Source: Chrysemys picta bellii (taxonomy: Eukaryota). Taken from it: a stretch of 64,000 bases of DNA. A program made the translations under genes and the position numbers. The notes under the pieces are model-generated. The model was not told the DNA's origin and searched no databases. It worked only from the letters and a program-made list of their open reading frames with translations. Positions 37,041 through 50,635 of the stretch are shown piece after piece (the first letter of the stretch is position 1; each line of letters opens with the position of its first letter). The stretch is taken from the NCBI RefSeq assembly GCF_011386835.1, contig NC_088798.1, forward strand, positions 108,066,001 to 108,130,000, read 5' to 3'.

Positions 37041-37324
37041 TGTGGGGAGGGGGGGGAGGGGAAGGTGTGGGGGCGGTGTCAGATTGGATGGTTGTAGTGG
37101 TCTCTTCTGCACTTGGAATCTGTGTACCTGAGTCCTGTTTATCCCCTTCCTTCATGGGCTGGGGGAGGACAGGCTTGCCTGCATAGCCCTCAACATGCTC
37201 ATAATGCTTGCAGCTCTGCATTAAGATAATGACTATAATCAAATCTCATGCTTCAGGGCTTCAGCCGGTCACCTGCAGGCATCAGAAAAGCATTTTCCCC
37301 CTGCTGCACCACTGGGGTGGCTTT

Positions 37325-37798
37325 TTCCCCCATCTCCCTCTGAAGCATAGGAGATTGGTCCCAGCTGGAGACAGGACAGTGGACGGGGTGGACCGGTGCT
37401 CTGAGGTGATGCAGAGAATCTTTCTTCTAGATGTTTGGCGGGTGTCTTGTTCAAATGCTCAGGGTCATACTGATAGCCAGGTTTGGGGTCAGGAAAGAAT
37501 TTATCCCCCCAGGTCACATTAGCAGGGATCTTAGGGGTTTTTCGCCTTCCTTTGCAACTTGGGGCATGGTATGCCAGCTGGGATCATATGGACATATCTC
37601 ACCTAATCAGTTGCCTGCTATTGCAGGATTCGCAAGCATTGATGGCACCTCGGTCTCTCGCATTCTCTGCCTGTGGCACACAGTTTAGTTCCCTGAGGAC
37701 TGAAATCCTTTAGTTTGATGAAAGTCTTTGGGATAGTATGGGGTATCTGAGTGAAAATTAATGGCCAGTGAAATACAGGAGGTCAGACTGGATGATGT
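37325..37798 (+). mobile_element. CR1 long 3' UTR fragment (different subfamily)
   Basis: tttggggtcaggaaagaatttatcccccaggtca...tttttcgccttcct...tacaggaggtcagactggatgat, a CR1-type 3' end. Confidence 0.65.
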
Positions 37799-39086
37799 AA
37801 GGGATCCTAGCCTCGCCCAAAACAAACTCTAAGAATCTATGAATTTTAATTGGGGAGCTAGGTGGGAAACATCTCAGTTTAGAGGATTCTAGTGCATTTT
37901 TTAAAATGCTAGACAGTAACATTATAAAATGGATTTTACTGTATAACATTAGACTTCCCTTCCGAGCACTGTAGAAATATTGGTACAGCAGAAAAAAGTC
38001 AAAGTTATCTGAAGGATCTCCTTGGGGAGCTGAAAAATTATCCCACATCTGCCTGTGTCCCACCAATGAGAAGTTTTCATAAGCACTTGCTATATTCTCT
38101 CCATATTCCTGCCTATCTTTCAGCCCACTCAAAGTATAGCAATTTAGTATCTAGATCTAAGATCCTGTGTACATTTTTCCTTCATAAATACAGGGACTCA
38201 GCACACCACAGGCATACTGAGCCACCCCACCACTAAACAAGTACTCTCTGTAGTTCGCAGAATTCCCAGAATACATGGCATGGAGTAGCATGGCATTTGA
38301 GATCTGAAGCATCTGAATGTCATGTAAAGTTCAATTAATTATTTTCTAAATGGTCACCAGAGCTGCTCTAGCTTTGATTAGGATTCCACCAGTATGACTG
38401 TGATCACAGTGAAGCCTTTCAGAGGAGGGGATGTTTGCTTTTGCTGTGGGCTGCTTCGCCTTGCCCTGTGACAAAGCCATTTCAGTAATGGATGCGCTCT
38501 ACAAGGCTTAGAAAAACACGGCTGTGTTCTTTTAAAAAAAAGAGAATCATTGTGCTTCAAATGAATCAGCTCAGTGTGATTAGAACGCTGGCCCAATGCC
38601 ACTTTCACACTATCCGCCACTAGAGCACAAACAAGCCAATCCTGGCCCGTGCAATGCTGAAGTCAATTGCCTCTTCACTTAAATCTGTGGCAGTTTAGTG
38701 TATGCTAAAATAAAGGAGTCAGCAGTATTCAAATTGCCCTTCTCGCTACATACCTCTTTTGTTTCAAAGGATCAGTCCTAGCCCTGCTCTGTACCCTTTG
38801 TTCTAGCAGGGCAAAGAGGATGGACCGCTAATTTAAAGAGTCAGCGTAGCCTGATCCCCTGCTGTGATCCTGAGCTGGTGAACAACAATTGGACACAAGT
38901 TAGAGCAGCCATTAGGTTGGTATAAGTTGCAGTCCTAGCATTGGGGGGATCAAAAGGTTGCAAAGAGCAAGCTCTTGAGCTGTGCAAGGCAGACCTGAGT
39001 GGCTCAGAACGAAAAACCTCAAATCCAGCAACCTGGATGCTTTGGGAAATGAGTGGGGAATTTGGGCTGGGGTTACAAGAGTATTT

Positions 39087-39206
39087 AGTATCAGAGGGGT
39101 AGCCATGTTAGTCTGGATCTGTAAAAAGCAACAAAGAGTCCTTTGGCACCTTATAGACTAACAAATGTATTGGAGCATAAACTTTCGTGGGTGAATGCCC
39201 ACTTCA
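39087..39206 (-). mobile_element. Penelope-like terminal fragment, hammerhead core truncated
   Basis: The minus strand reads ..tgaa gtgggc attc acccac gaaagtttatgc tccaatac...; the CUGANGA box is incomplete. Confidence 0.78.
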
Positions 39207-39215
39207 GCACTATTT

Positions 39216-39370
39216 AGGTTCCTAAAGATGCAGGTAGGTGAACAGGTGGATTTACACAAGCACAGGTTAAGAGCCCAATTCCCACTGAAAGTCACTGGGA
39301 ATTGGGCTCTTAACTCACTCAGGCACTTTTAAAAATTCCACTAGTTGCCTCTCTGCATCTTTTGGCACCT
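39216..39370. mobile_element. Palindromic MITE
   Basis: Perfect 18-bp inner arms ttaagagcccaattccca / tgggaattgggctcttaa (39267-39313) and outer arms cctaaagatgcag / ctgcatcttt. Confidence 0.7.
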
Positions 39371-40152
39371 CTATACTCTTGTAACCCTGCCCCTAATTAA
39401 TAGAATTATTGTTCTATGGCTTTGATTATTGGCTGACGTGGTTTGAACATATCTTTTGTAACATGCAAGTAATTCACAAAAGGGAAAACTATCCTCATCC
39501 ACAGCAAAATAATAATGAAAACAAAAGTGCCACAAGCCAGTGAACATCCTCTTTAAAAGGTTTAATTTCTGTTGCCTAGAGTGGAGCTGAAAGTTTATCA
39601 CACTACATGCACTCAGCCAAGTGCCAGCTGAGATTGGAAATGTTTAGCAGCTTTGGGCAGTACCAGCACTCTGTGATTCCCCTTTCCCACTTAGACTGCC
39701 TGGACTCACACCAGCTTTAGATTGTCAAACAAAACAATCTTTTATTTTTTTCCTGTTTCTTGATGGGATTCAAACAATAAATAAAAATCACCATCCCTGC
39801 AAATATTCATGAGCCATGAAAACATGGATTCTTTCTGGTTTCCCTGGCCTTCCACAGTGCATACGCTTGGATATTTATTTCATTAAGCCCATCCTTCAGG
39901 CTCCAGTCCTGTAAACACTTAAGCACATGAACATAACGTACTTTGAGCTGCACCACTGAAATCAATGCAGCTACTCCCAGCAGTGAAGTAAGTACATGAG
40001 TGTTTGCAGAATCGCAGCCTTAAAGGGCCATTTATTTATTATTGACCTTGGGCTCTGATTAGAGTCAATTCTTGAGGCAGAGTTGCTCTCTGGGAGCTGG
40101 GCATTGGCACTGGGCTGAAATTCCTGAGAGAAGGGATTGCACTGCATGCTGT

Positions 40153-40288
40153 CAAGTATCAGGGGGTAGCCGTGTTAGTCTGTATCTACAAAAACAACAA
40201 GGAGTCTGGTGGCACCTTAAAGACTAACAGATTTATTTGGGCATGAGCTTTCGTGAGTAAAAACCTCACTTCTTCGGATGCATAGAGT
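40153..40288 (-). mobile_element. Short Penelope-derived insertion with 11-bp TSD
   Basis: Flanked by CTGCATGCTGT at 40142-40152 and 40289-40299; carries a hammerhead motif. Confidence 0.85.
40241..40281 (-). ncRNA. Minimal type I hammerhead ribozyme motif, CCGAAGA core variant
   Basis: GCAU-CCGAAGA-A-GUGAG(GUUUUUA)CUCAC-GAA-AGCU-C^AUGC: 4-bp stem I, perfect stem II, palindromic stem III. Confidence 0.65.
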
Positions 40289-40715
40289 CTGCATGCTGTT
40301 TGACCATCTCATTTCAGGACTGGCGTATCTGTGTAAATCAAGCAAGTTACAATTAGGAGCTACCCAGAACTGGAAGAATGCTGGTTTCACATTGCTGGTT
40401 TATCTCATGTGAAAGGGACATCTTTGCCAGAGGCAATGGCATTTAACTGCAAGGAGACTACATCATTACAGAAAAAATAGGCAATGCAGAAGCTAATAGG
40501 TCTGTAAGAGGAGGGATGGCCATTGTTTTTTTGAGAGTGAGTTTAATGCTAATGAACTGAAGGGCCATTAGCACCATCTTTTCCAGAATGCTCAGGTCTG
40601 ACCTGAAACACGTCTTGTTATTGAAGATCCTAGATGCTCTTGAAGTGAGAATGCCAAGGTTGATGACTTGTGCCAAATTATGTGGGGACTTGGGAGGGCC
40701 AAACTTTTCTCTTTT

Positions 40716-40838
40716 CTCAGACTTGCATCTGAAGAAGTGAGGTTCTTACCCACGAAAGCTTATGCTCCAAATACTTCTGTTAGTCTTAAAGGTGCCCCAG
40801 GACCCTCTGTTGCTTTTTACAGACTACCCCTCTGATAC
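40716..40838 (+). mobile_element. Short Penelope-derived insertion with 9-bp TSD
   Basis: Flanked by TTCTCTTTT at 40707-40715 and 40839-40847. Confidence 0.82.
40725..40765 (+). ncRNA. Minimal type I hammerhead ribozyme motif with canonical core
   Basis: GCAU-CUGAAGA-A-GUGAG(GUUCUUA)CCCAC-GAA-AGCU-U^AUGC; predicted cleavage between 40761 and 40762. Confidence 0.75.
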
Positions 40839-40960
40839 TTCTCTTTTTGTGACCTAAGGCAGGATTTCCCTCCAATGGGTTGATTCTCCATTGCATGGAT
40901 GGGAAGGGGGGCAGGGGGTTATGCAGGGCATTGGCAAGCTAATGAAAGTGAGGTCACTGA

Positions 40961-41048
40961 GGGCTGGTCTACACTACACAGTTCGGTCGACATAAGGCAG
41001 CTTATGTATTTTCTGCAGTGGCTGTAAGTTTGCAGTGTAGACATACCC
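40961..41048. mobile_element. Short Harbinger/PIF-type MITE
   Basis: TIRs gggctggtctacact / agtgtagacataccc and a 3-bp TSD TGA/TGA. Confidence 0.75.
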
Positions 41049-41058
41049 TGAGTGATGA

Positions 41059-41291
41059 TCAGAGCTGGAAGGGAAACAGTTTTTTTCTGGGAAAAATATT
41101 TAGGCAAAAAAATGTAGTGTTGTTTACAATACAACTTATTCTTAGAAAAATGTTCATTTTTAAAAAATGAAAAAAATTTTTTTGACAAAAATTGAAATTT
41201 GTTGTGGAAATTCCTGCTTAGTCAAAAAGCCATTTTCCATTAACCCTCCATCCTCCCCCCAACTTTTTAATAGAAAATTTCCAACTAGCTC
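41059..41291. mobile_element. AT-rich MITE-like repeat
   Basis: Ends agagctgg / ctagctct enclose A/T-run-rich sequence. Similar pieces occur near 44005-44270, 48050-48430 and 62810-63170. Confidence 0.45.
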
Positions 41292-42592
41292 TAATAATTC
41301 TTCTTGATCGAAATCTCTTCCAATAGTTTGCTTTCTACATTCATTTTTCTCTTTTAGTGATGTGGAGCTCTGCCCAGTCCCTGGAACCTGCACAGAGATG
41401 ACATTTACCCTCTATACGTCTGATCCAAAGCCCCTGTCCTTCCTCTGGACCCAGAATGTGATTGATTGGTCTCTATGTATTTATACTGGAACGCATCATT
41501 ATATCTATATTAAACACAGAGGATCATTTTGGGCAGGAGGGTGTGTGTGTGTGCGTGTGTCCCAGCTTAGATCTGTTTCCATTGTGATGTGCTTCTCTGA
41601 TAAGGAAAGGTATAGGAAAGAGGCCACTAGTCTGGCCTTGTCTGTCTATATAAGAGAAACCCCTCATTGAATAACCTTCACAGAAGCATCCATGGTTTAA
41701 CTGGCTTTTGCCTGAGTTGGTTGGCAGGGTAGAGAACTTAGCACCAGAGCCTCTTAAGGAGTTTATAACATTCCGTCTGAAAATACCTCTTAAATACCCG
41801 ATTTTGAATGTTTTGTAAATTCCTTTTCTTTCTCGTCCCCCTCCTCCAGGCTTCTCAATTAATGATGGAATAAATTGACCAACAGGACAAACAATTGACA
41901 GCTGGGCAAATGTGCCTAGGTAGGTTTAGTTCTGCTTTTTCTGTCCTTAATTCAATTTAATTTTTTCTCATTTTGTTTGTTAAATGTCCTTGAAAAGGAG
42001 CTTATTTTCCAGTCCAGTCACATCCTGGAATGTGTGTATGTGTGTGTAAGAAGTGTTTGGAATCTCAGTGAAATGAATCTCTCTCTCTCTCTCTCTGAGC
42101 CCTCCTGTTTGAACTGCACATCACAGCACACTGACTTACAACCACAAAGATGTTAGTTACTGAACATGGGGTGGGAGGGAAAAGGGAATCCCACACTGAT
42201 TTTACATGATCAATATTTTTAAAAAGTTGTTTACCTGGAGCTGTAAAGAATAGCTTGCTTAGCCAGCTGGAGATGCTGAGAAAGAGTTTATTGACCTTAC
42301 TTGTTTATGCCATTAGAGTTTCCTTCTGTCCTTAGGGGTCTGGTTTCCCCTTGATCTGTGTGTGGGGTCTCCAGTTATCATCCGTACTCAACACTTCTAT
42401 AGCACTTCATATATATAAAGCACAGCACAAATATTAACTAGTTTGTACTCACAATCCCCTCTCAAAGGTGGAGGAGTGTTAGCTCCATTTTACAGATGGG
42501 AATATTGAGACATGGAGGTTTAAAGGACCAGATTCTGCCACACTTACCAGCATCCAGCAGTACTTTACTTTTCGAGTCCTTCCATGGACTTG

Positions 42593-42865
42593 AGAGGTAA
42601 TGTGGCCTAGTGGAGAGGGCACTGGACTGGGACTCGAGTCCTAGGATCTATTCCTGGCTCTGAGCTGCTGAGTAACCTATGTAAGTCTCTTGACCTCTGT
42701 GTTTTCCCTTCCACCCTGCATCTGTCTTGTCTATTTAGTGCGTGAGATGTTCAGGGCACGACCTGCCTTTCACTATATGTATGTACGGTGCGCAGCACAA
42801 CAGAACTCTGATCTTAGTTGAGGCCTTTAGGTTCTACTGAAATATAAATGGTAAATAAATAATAA
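42593..42865 (+). mobile_element. tRNA-derived SINE (MIR-like head, L2-like tail)
   Basis: A-box-like tggcctagtgg, B-box-like region and a tail ending in taaataaataataa. Confidence 0.65.
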
Positions 42866-45796
42866 CTCCGAGTGAATGAGGGTTCCAGAATCTGGATTTG
42901 CCTAAGGCCAAAGAGTGACCGGCAGGCCCAGGATTAAAATTTGGGAGTTCTAGCTCTCAGCCTTATACTCAGTCCGTTCTACACCCAGTATCTCACCTCT
43001 TAAGCATGTACGTCTTTTACCAAATGCTTAAAGTACATGTTGCTCTTTGCAGAGTGGAGTGTGTTAGAGGGATAATTAATGCTCATAGAAGTTGCATGAT
43101 TGGGCAAGATTAAAAAGACAGGTCAGGGTTCAAATCGGCTAAAAGCTTACAACAATGAAAAAGCCTCAGACAGATGTGTAAATGTGAAAAGCTGTGCTAG
43201 GAAGGGACAAGTCAACTGAAAATTATGTGCAAGACTGGACCTTTGCCTAATCATTGTGGTATTTCCAACTCTGGAAGTTCTGGGAATCTGGTGAGGACCA
43301 AACTCATGACACGTACAGCCAGATTTGCAGAGTAAAGACATTGCAATCGGCACCTGAACTTTGAATGCTTACCCAAAATGAAGCTTTTTAGGCTCAGTCA
43401 TTAACAGGCACCGCTGGACTTTTGTGTCATGACTGTTGAGGCCCTATCAGAGCTGTGCAAAGCCAAGAGGCTAGGTGGCAGAGGTTCATGCCAGCCTTTC
43501 CATCAGTCCCAATTAGCACAAGTCTGATTCACTAGCCTTGAGTTACTTGTATGTGAACCTGTCACAGAAACACACAGTGAAACGCAGTGGGAAGCACCAA
43601 GCTGAGTGCGGTTCGGAAAAAGACCAAAACCAGGCACAACATTGCTTGGAATGGAGTCAAGTGTCACACAACAGGATCAAACCCATCAGTGAATTTTTTT
43701 CAGTGAGCTTGAGCAGAGTTTTGCATTTGTCACAAAAGTCTCCAGGCTTGGGGAATTTCATGTTTCCTGGCGCTCTAGTTCTGTGCCAGTGTTACTCTGA
43801 AGGAAGGGATACTAGGCTGATGGACCAAAGTTGACATATCCCAAGAACCATTACTGCTAATTAATATTCCTCACATATTTAAACATATTTGTTGAAAATT
43901 ACCAGGTTCCCCCTTGCCATCACCTAGAGATCTTCAGAAATAAAAACCTCTGTCCTGTGAAACTCAGGGGCTTACTGTTGTTGTTGTTATAGTAGCATCT
44001 AGAATAGAGCTGGATGGAAAATGACCCATCCTGTGAGAATTTTCAAGATTTTGAAATTTTTCCCATCTTGAATTGAGATGAAAAGTCAAAATCTCAAAAT
44101 TTTTCAGTGAACTGAAGGTCTGGAAAAAAAAATCAGATCAAGTCAGTTGAAATATTTTGTTTTGATCATTTCAAAATGCTGTTTCCATTTGGACCTTTAA
44201 CATTTTTTTTTTACATAGTCTGACTGTACTTAAATTTTGAAACAAAGTCATTTCAACCCAAAATATGCAACTGTTGTGTTTCAATGCAAGGAGACGAAGG
44301 AGCAAACTACCTACTGCCCTCGCCACAGACCCTGTTTGTCTGGTGGTGACTATTTATTTTTTATTTACTTACATTTCAAGTATGATAAGGCTTCTGGCTG
44401 GTGAGTTGATGAATGATTACACAAGAGTTGTCTCAGCTACCTTGATAAAATGTGGAGTAACTCCATTTATTCGAATGGAGCTAGTCTCTGAATTTACATG
44501 GGTGTAACTGAGAGCAGGGTCTGGCACTCTGAGTACACAGCACCTTCAGTAACAATGACTTTTATGAACTATACCATCATGATGAGGATCCTGAATCTTC
44601 AAACCCTCAATTAAACTTTGTAGACCAAGCTCTACCTTCCATCATAGCTGGGCATTTCCATTGCAGACAATAGGAAGCAAGCCGAAGCTGACCCTTGACT
44701 TTACTTTAAGACTAACCTGAAAGAGGGTTATTAATACTGTGAGCCAAATTTTCTGATTCTGTGCAGTTCTGCTGGGTACTAGTGTGATCTCAGTTACAGC
44801 GGTGTAAGTTCAGAGTGACACTGTTGACGTCAGTGGGATCACTTTGGATTTATACTGCTGCAACTAAGATCAAAATCTGGCTTACAGATTTCACTTGGGC
44901 TGTATATAATTCAGTGGACAATCTGTGCAATGCCGTGTCTGTCTGGTTTTAAAGGTGGAATCTAGTCTCTTTATATACCCAGCTTTCTGAATCTGTGGCT
45001 ATTGCAAGCCGAGGCATGATAAATTCCTTTTTAAGAAAAAAGAACTTTAATTTCAGTCCCGTTGCATCCTTTCCTCGGTTCTTTAAAGTGTTGTTCTTCT
45101 CTGTGGAGAAGATAATTTAAAGTGATACTTGACTATATTCACACACCTTTTGCCACCTGAGGAGATCTGTAGCTGAATTGATTTGCATATGTATTGAATA
45201 TGTATTCCTAGGACGGCCACACCAAGATGTCATATCTCATTTACAGCATGTTCCTGCTGGCTCCGAGGCTTGTTAAAGGAAAGAGACTGTAAAAAAGAAA
45301 AAACACATTACATGTGGACTGCAAACATAAAAGTGACTGAAGTAGGAAGAGAAAGAGATAGATTGGCAGCCTGGAGACATAATAAGCTATTAAACCGTTT
45401 AAGGGAGGCCTACCATGGCTTGCTGAGTTTGTTGTTCAATTACTATTACTGATGAAGAATGTCAATAATTATGATTTTCAGCCTGGCTTGACGTTTACAT
45501 TTGTAAAAGTTTGAAAGTCCGACTGTACTAAAAATCAATGGAACAACCGTTGTATCTTCTCACAAAGAGGGTGGATTATGCCTCCTCCACATACTAAGAA
45601 CTTTCAAACTCCAGGCTCATTAATGGACTGTGTCATACGTCATCATCACTGCTTCATATGTCATCATCACTATCACCACCATTTGCATTCTTTAAAGGGG
45701 ACTTTATATATCCTTTGTATTTTAGGATGGCACCAGAGTCCAGATCTCTAAAATAGCAAGTGCTGAATGGATGTCAGCAGAACACACATTATAGAC

Positions 45797-46151
45797 CGGG
45801 GTCGGCAACCTGCGGCACGCATGCCAAAGGCAGCACTTGGGCTGATTTTTAGTGGCACATTGCTGCCAGCCGCTCAGCCCGCTGGTCTGGGGTTCCGGCC
45901 GCCAGCCCCTTGCCAGCCGGGGTCCCGGCCGCTGGACCCACTCAGCCCACTGCTGGCCTGGATGGACAGAACCCGGCCAGCAGCAGGCTGAACAGGACTG
46001 GCGGCCAGGACCCTGGCTCAGCCCGCTGCCGGTCTGGGATTCTGTCTGCCGCCCGCGCTGCCGGTCTGGCACGCGAAACCTTTTACTGGCCCGCAAAACC
46101 TTAAATTAATGAAGACTTGGCACACCACTTCTCAAAGGTTGTCGACCCCTG
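45797..46151. mobile_element. hAT MITE, same termini family as 20922-21231
   Basis: TIRs cggggtcggcaacc / ggttgtcgacccctg and a perfect 8-bp TSD TTATAGAC. Confidence 0.9.
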
Positions 46152-46986
46152 TTATAGACTATCCTTTCTCAGCCTCTCCATTTCCAGTTCTGACGGTGGC
46201 ATGGTGCTTTCCAAGAATGATTGCCCTTGGCCTTTTTGACATTCTTGTATAATTTACATTTCACAGCAATGTAGCCATGCCACAAAACCATATACTTTAC
46301 CATGTCCTACCCCGAAGCGATTTCACTGAGAAGAATGGTATCAATTGTATAACAGGCTGCAGTGTGTGTCTCCACCAATGGAAATACCAGCACCATATGG
46401 AGTAACACTCATTGTAAATCTTGAAGAGATGCGGTGAAATACGGACCCCTGACAGGGTCCTCTTTTGGTGCTGTGCCTTCCACTTTGTTGGCTCTCAGGA
46501 AGGCTGCCCAGTAAACTGATGAAAACCCAAGTGTAGTTGAGTGGCCCAGAGATTTATGCAAGACTAAAAGCTCTCTGATGTAGTCAGTTAAGCACATTCA
46601 CTATTGAAACTGGTGGCAATGTATGAATAATATCTTTGCAATAGATCTTCAAGTCAAGTTGTAGGTACATCTTAGCTTTCACCCATAAAGCATGTTTAAG
46701 TGGTGTACAGGACTCTCTGCCGGGCCACTGTACTGGGATACATTTCACCCTGATTGTTCAGAGACCTTGGAGGAAGACAAAGGACAATTCGAAAGTCTGA
46801 TGTCTTTAAAACTCTCCTTTGCCATGATGCCTACAAAAAAGAACATTAATAAGGTTAAAAGAACATTATTAAGGTTGCAAAGTTAAATATTTTGGAAATA
46901 TCAGAATTAAGGTTGCCAGTGCAACCTTAATTCAGCTCCCTTGTGTGTATGCATTATGATACAGTCTTTGATTACATGATCACATA

Positions 46987-47166
46987 CACCTCTACCCTGA
47001 TATAACGCAACCCAATATAACACAAATTCGGATGTAAAGCAGTGCTCCGGGGAGGCGGGGCTGCGCACTTTGGCAGATCAAAGCAAGTTCGATATAACAC
47101 GGTTTCACCTATAACACGGTAAGATTTTTTGGCTCCCGAGGACAGCGTTATATCGGGGTAGAGGTG
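46987..47166. mobile_element. Tc1/mariner MITE
   Basis: TIRs cacctctaccctgatataacgc / gcgttatatcggggtagaggtg with TA TSD. Confidence 0.85.
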
Positions 47167-50100
47167 TACTTTTTTTTCCTGCTTCTGGTTTTTGAAGGCT
47201 CATAGGTCAGAAAATGGCCAAATTTTCATCTGACCCTCAAAATGCTGGTCATTCGGGAGCTTTGCTCACCCCTGAGCTATATCACATCCACACTGCATTG
47301 CAAGCATTTCCTCTTTAGTATAGCAGTAAAGTGGCCTGAAATGTTTGTGCAAAGGGAGAAAATGCGATAAGAAAAGGTAAAAGGATTGAGAAGAAGCTCT
47401 GAGTTATAAGAGGTTTCCCAGGATGGCATCATCAAGTCCCTTAGATCAGCTTCTCTTCATCGCTCTTTAGTAGATGAAGATGACAAAACAATTTAAGATG
47501 ACCCAAAAAAGAGAAATGAAGATAATCTAAAAATATAATATGATCACAATTTATCCAAAGTGCCTCATCATTCTGGATTCATTTAATATGCACTGTAATA
47601 GCACTGGTCCTTATAAGAGCGTTTGGTATTCAGATGGATATCGCAGACACCTTCTGTAAGTATTGTGTTATAATTTAACAAAAGTTATTGGAAACTATAA
47701 ATAAGATCTCACTCTGTCTATAATCTGCCTTTGATGCATAAAAAAGGCATTTGAAAAAAAAATCACACGTTCAGACAAACTGTAACTTAGAAGCAAAAGA
47801 ATTTTCTGTTCATTAAAATATCAGAGTCACTTTCAGCAGTAGGAAAATCTTTACTGGTTTGCTTCACTTTCAGACACCCTTTCTGTAGTCCATGAAGGGA
47901 CAATGAACCTGATTCTTCTTTCACAGCCACCGGTGTAACTCTGCCAAATTGATGTTTCTCCTCCTGATTTACACTACTGTAACTTGAAAGGACAATCTGG
48001 CCCCCATCTTTGGAAAGCCTTTCTTCAATAATCATCATCATTATTATCGTTGTGGTTTTGCTATATTGGTCAAAAACCAAAAAAAAAAAAAAACTGTTTT
48101 CATGAAGAATTTCAAAAAAAGGAAGTTGTCATCATTTCAGAATGTTGGAAACAGACCCATTTTTGTATTTGAAACCTCACTCCACAAAATTTTTCTTTTT
48201 CACATTTTTATCAAGAACATTCACTTTTTTGGTTATTTTTGTTTCCCACGCAATGTGGGTTTTGGTAAACAAAACATTTCTATTAGCTTTTTGATAAAAA
48301 ATTTGAAAAAAATATTTTAAAAAGGCACCACATTTTTGATGAAAAATGTCAGCTATTTTTCACCTTAGAATTTGTTTTTGAATACAGCCATTTTTTGATT
48401 AAAAAAATTGTTTAAAAATTTCCAAGCTCTGATTAGTATCAGTAATAATTCATGTGTCAGATCAACTTCTGCACCCTGGTTCTGGGCTGATGGAGTCTGC
48501 AGTTGAATTGACAGAGATAAGACTTTCCTGTGGCGAGCCTTGGGCTATGACATTCACTATGACCCACCATCAAGCTGAATCTTGCTTCCTTAACGGTTTA
48601 ATGCAAGATCCATGTCTTTCAGCAAGTCTGCATCTTAGAACTGATTGTCACGTGGCCCCTGCTGTCCCCTCTGAGAAATGAACCATCTCAAGTAATTGGC
48701 TTTACATTTTCAGGACAGGGAGGGGACATTGGTTCTTCTTCCTGAGGGAGTGGATGTACTCTGAAACGGTTTTCATTATAAGCAATTCATGGCACAGTCC
48801 AAAGCCTCCAATGAGCTCCTTGTGGGTGTAGGGGTCTGCCTGTGCAGAGCTCACTGCAGGTTCAGAGCCTGTGCTTGTACAGCTCCTAGCACAATAGGGC
48901 CCAGATCCTGACCGAGGCCTCTGGATGCCATGATAATATAAATGATTCATACAGGTGTACTCAGACAGTACACAGATGAGTACTTCAGCGATAGAGACAG
49001 GAACAGATGTTTTGAAGTGCTCAGGGCAGTTTTCTAAGCACCCACAATGGGAGCCAGCTCTGTTCCCAACATGCTGGGCTCTTTTGAAAAGCTGGCCCAT
49101 TATACCAACAGCATCAGAAACGAGCACAGTTCTTTATACATCCTTGAGTAGGAGTCGTCCCTTGCCCTGCAGGGCTCCCACCTCTCCCTTTGTGCTGTAC
49201 ATGCACAAACATGGTTTTGGTTTTGGTTTTGTAAATCCTTCCTTTAGCTGGGATTCTCCTGCCCCCTGGCCTCTAGCCTCCGACAGCACATTTCCTTCTG
49301 CTAAGAGAGTGATCAGTGGCTCCAGTCCCCAGGGCTGCTAATGGGATGGGGTGCGGGGTGTTGGAGACACTTTCACACCCGCTAAGGGATGGTTCATCAA
49401 AGCAGGTCCTTGTGGGGATTGATTCCCCCTTGGAAATGTAAAGAGTTAATAACGGTGAGTGTTTCCTTACATAGATTATAGCCTGGTGGAAGGGAGGTGG
49501 GAGAAGTTTCTTTTAGAAATACCTTCATTTTAGCAGCTCTTCCCTCTAAGAAATGTGTCTCTGCTGGCTTCTCTCTTTACAAGAATGTATACCCTACCAG
49601 CAGGTCTCTTTTGCAAGAATTACAGCTGGTGAATAGGGGAGCCCCACGACAAAATAACATCTCAAAGGCTTTCCCCACATCAGGGTTATGAGGCGGCTTC
49701 TCTATTGTAAGAATAATACCCCTGCAGGAAAGGCAGCTCCCCCGACTAGATACTACAGCCGGGCCCTGAGAAAGGGCTAATACAGATCAACGTGTTTTCC
49801 ATGTCACTGTGCTGTTCCCCTCTGTGTGAGCTGACAGCTAATGCTGTGAATCTGCTGCATGTCCCCTGTGCCTGGAGGAGTTTGGATGTCAGCTGCAGCG
49901 GAGATGGGGCAGGCATGGGCAGCCAGGCGTGAGCTGAGGGGAATGGTAAAGAGCAGCCAGAGAACAGGTCCTAAAGTGTCATTGTGGACCTGACCTTTAG
50001 AATGCAAAGCATTTGTCAGAAACCCAGAGAAAAGCCAGTCTCACCAGCCAAGTGACACTGAGAGGAGAGAAAGCGTCTCTCTGTCTTTCACACACCCATC

Positions 50101-50635
50101 TGCACCCCGGCCCCCCATACACGCACACATACCACACTAAGCGCTGGCTTACATTACAGAATTACGTCGGTATAACTACGTTGCTCAGGGGTGTGAAAGT
50201 GCCTAGAGCAGGTCTACGCTATCAGTGCAGCTGCGCTAATGCAGCGTTTTAAGTGTAAACCTGCCCGGGGCCTCATTCTCCTGCCTCCGGATACAAGTGT
50301 ATGTGCTGAAGCCAGTGTGAGTCACACCGACCCACTGGCAAGAGAATGGGACCCAATGACCGTAGTCTTGCTCGGTCATAGATTCTAGGGGCTGTGACCT
50401 CCCAACCCACCCCAAAGGTACAAGTAGCTCCCATTGAAGTCAGTGGAAGTTACCCATACCCTGCATGGGTGTAAATAGGAATCTATAGATAGGGACATAT
50501 CCTGGCCTCAGGTGTATGGGAGCAACTTGATCTCAGTGGGAGTTGCCTGAATCTTGCTTGTGGTCTGCAGGTCAGCGATTCCATTCTGTGGCCAATTCCA
50601 GCCAGCCTTCACCTTGGAACTCTGGCCCTTGGATT

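Noticed and set aside
4381-46109. GC-rich ORFs inside MITEs (4381-4877, 14108-14346, 27754-28378, 45722-46109)
   Set aside because: They lie wholly within non-autonomous transposons and show no transposase motifs.
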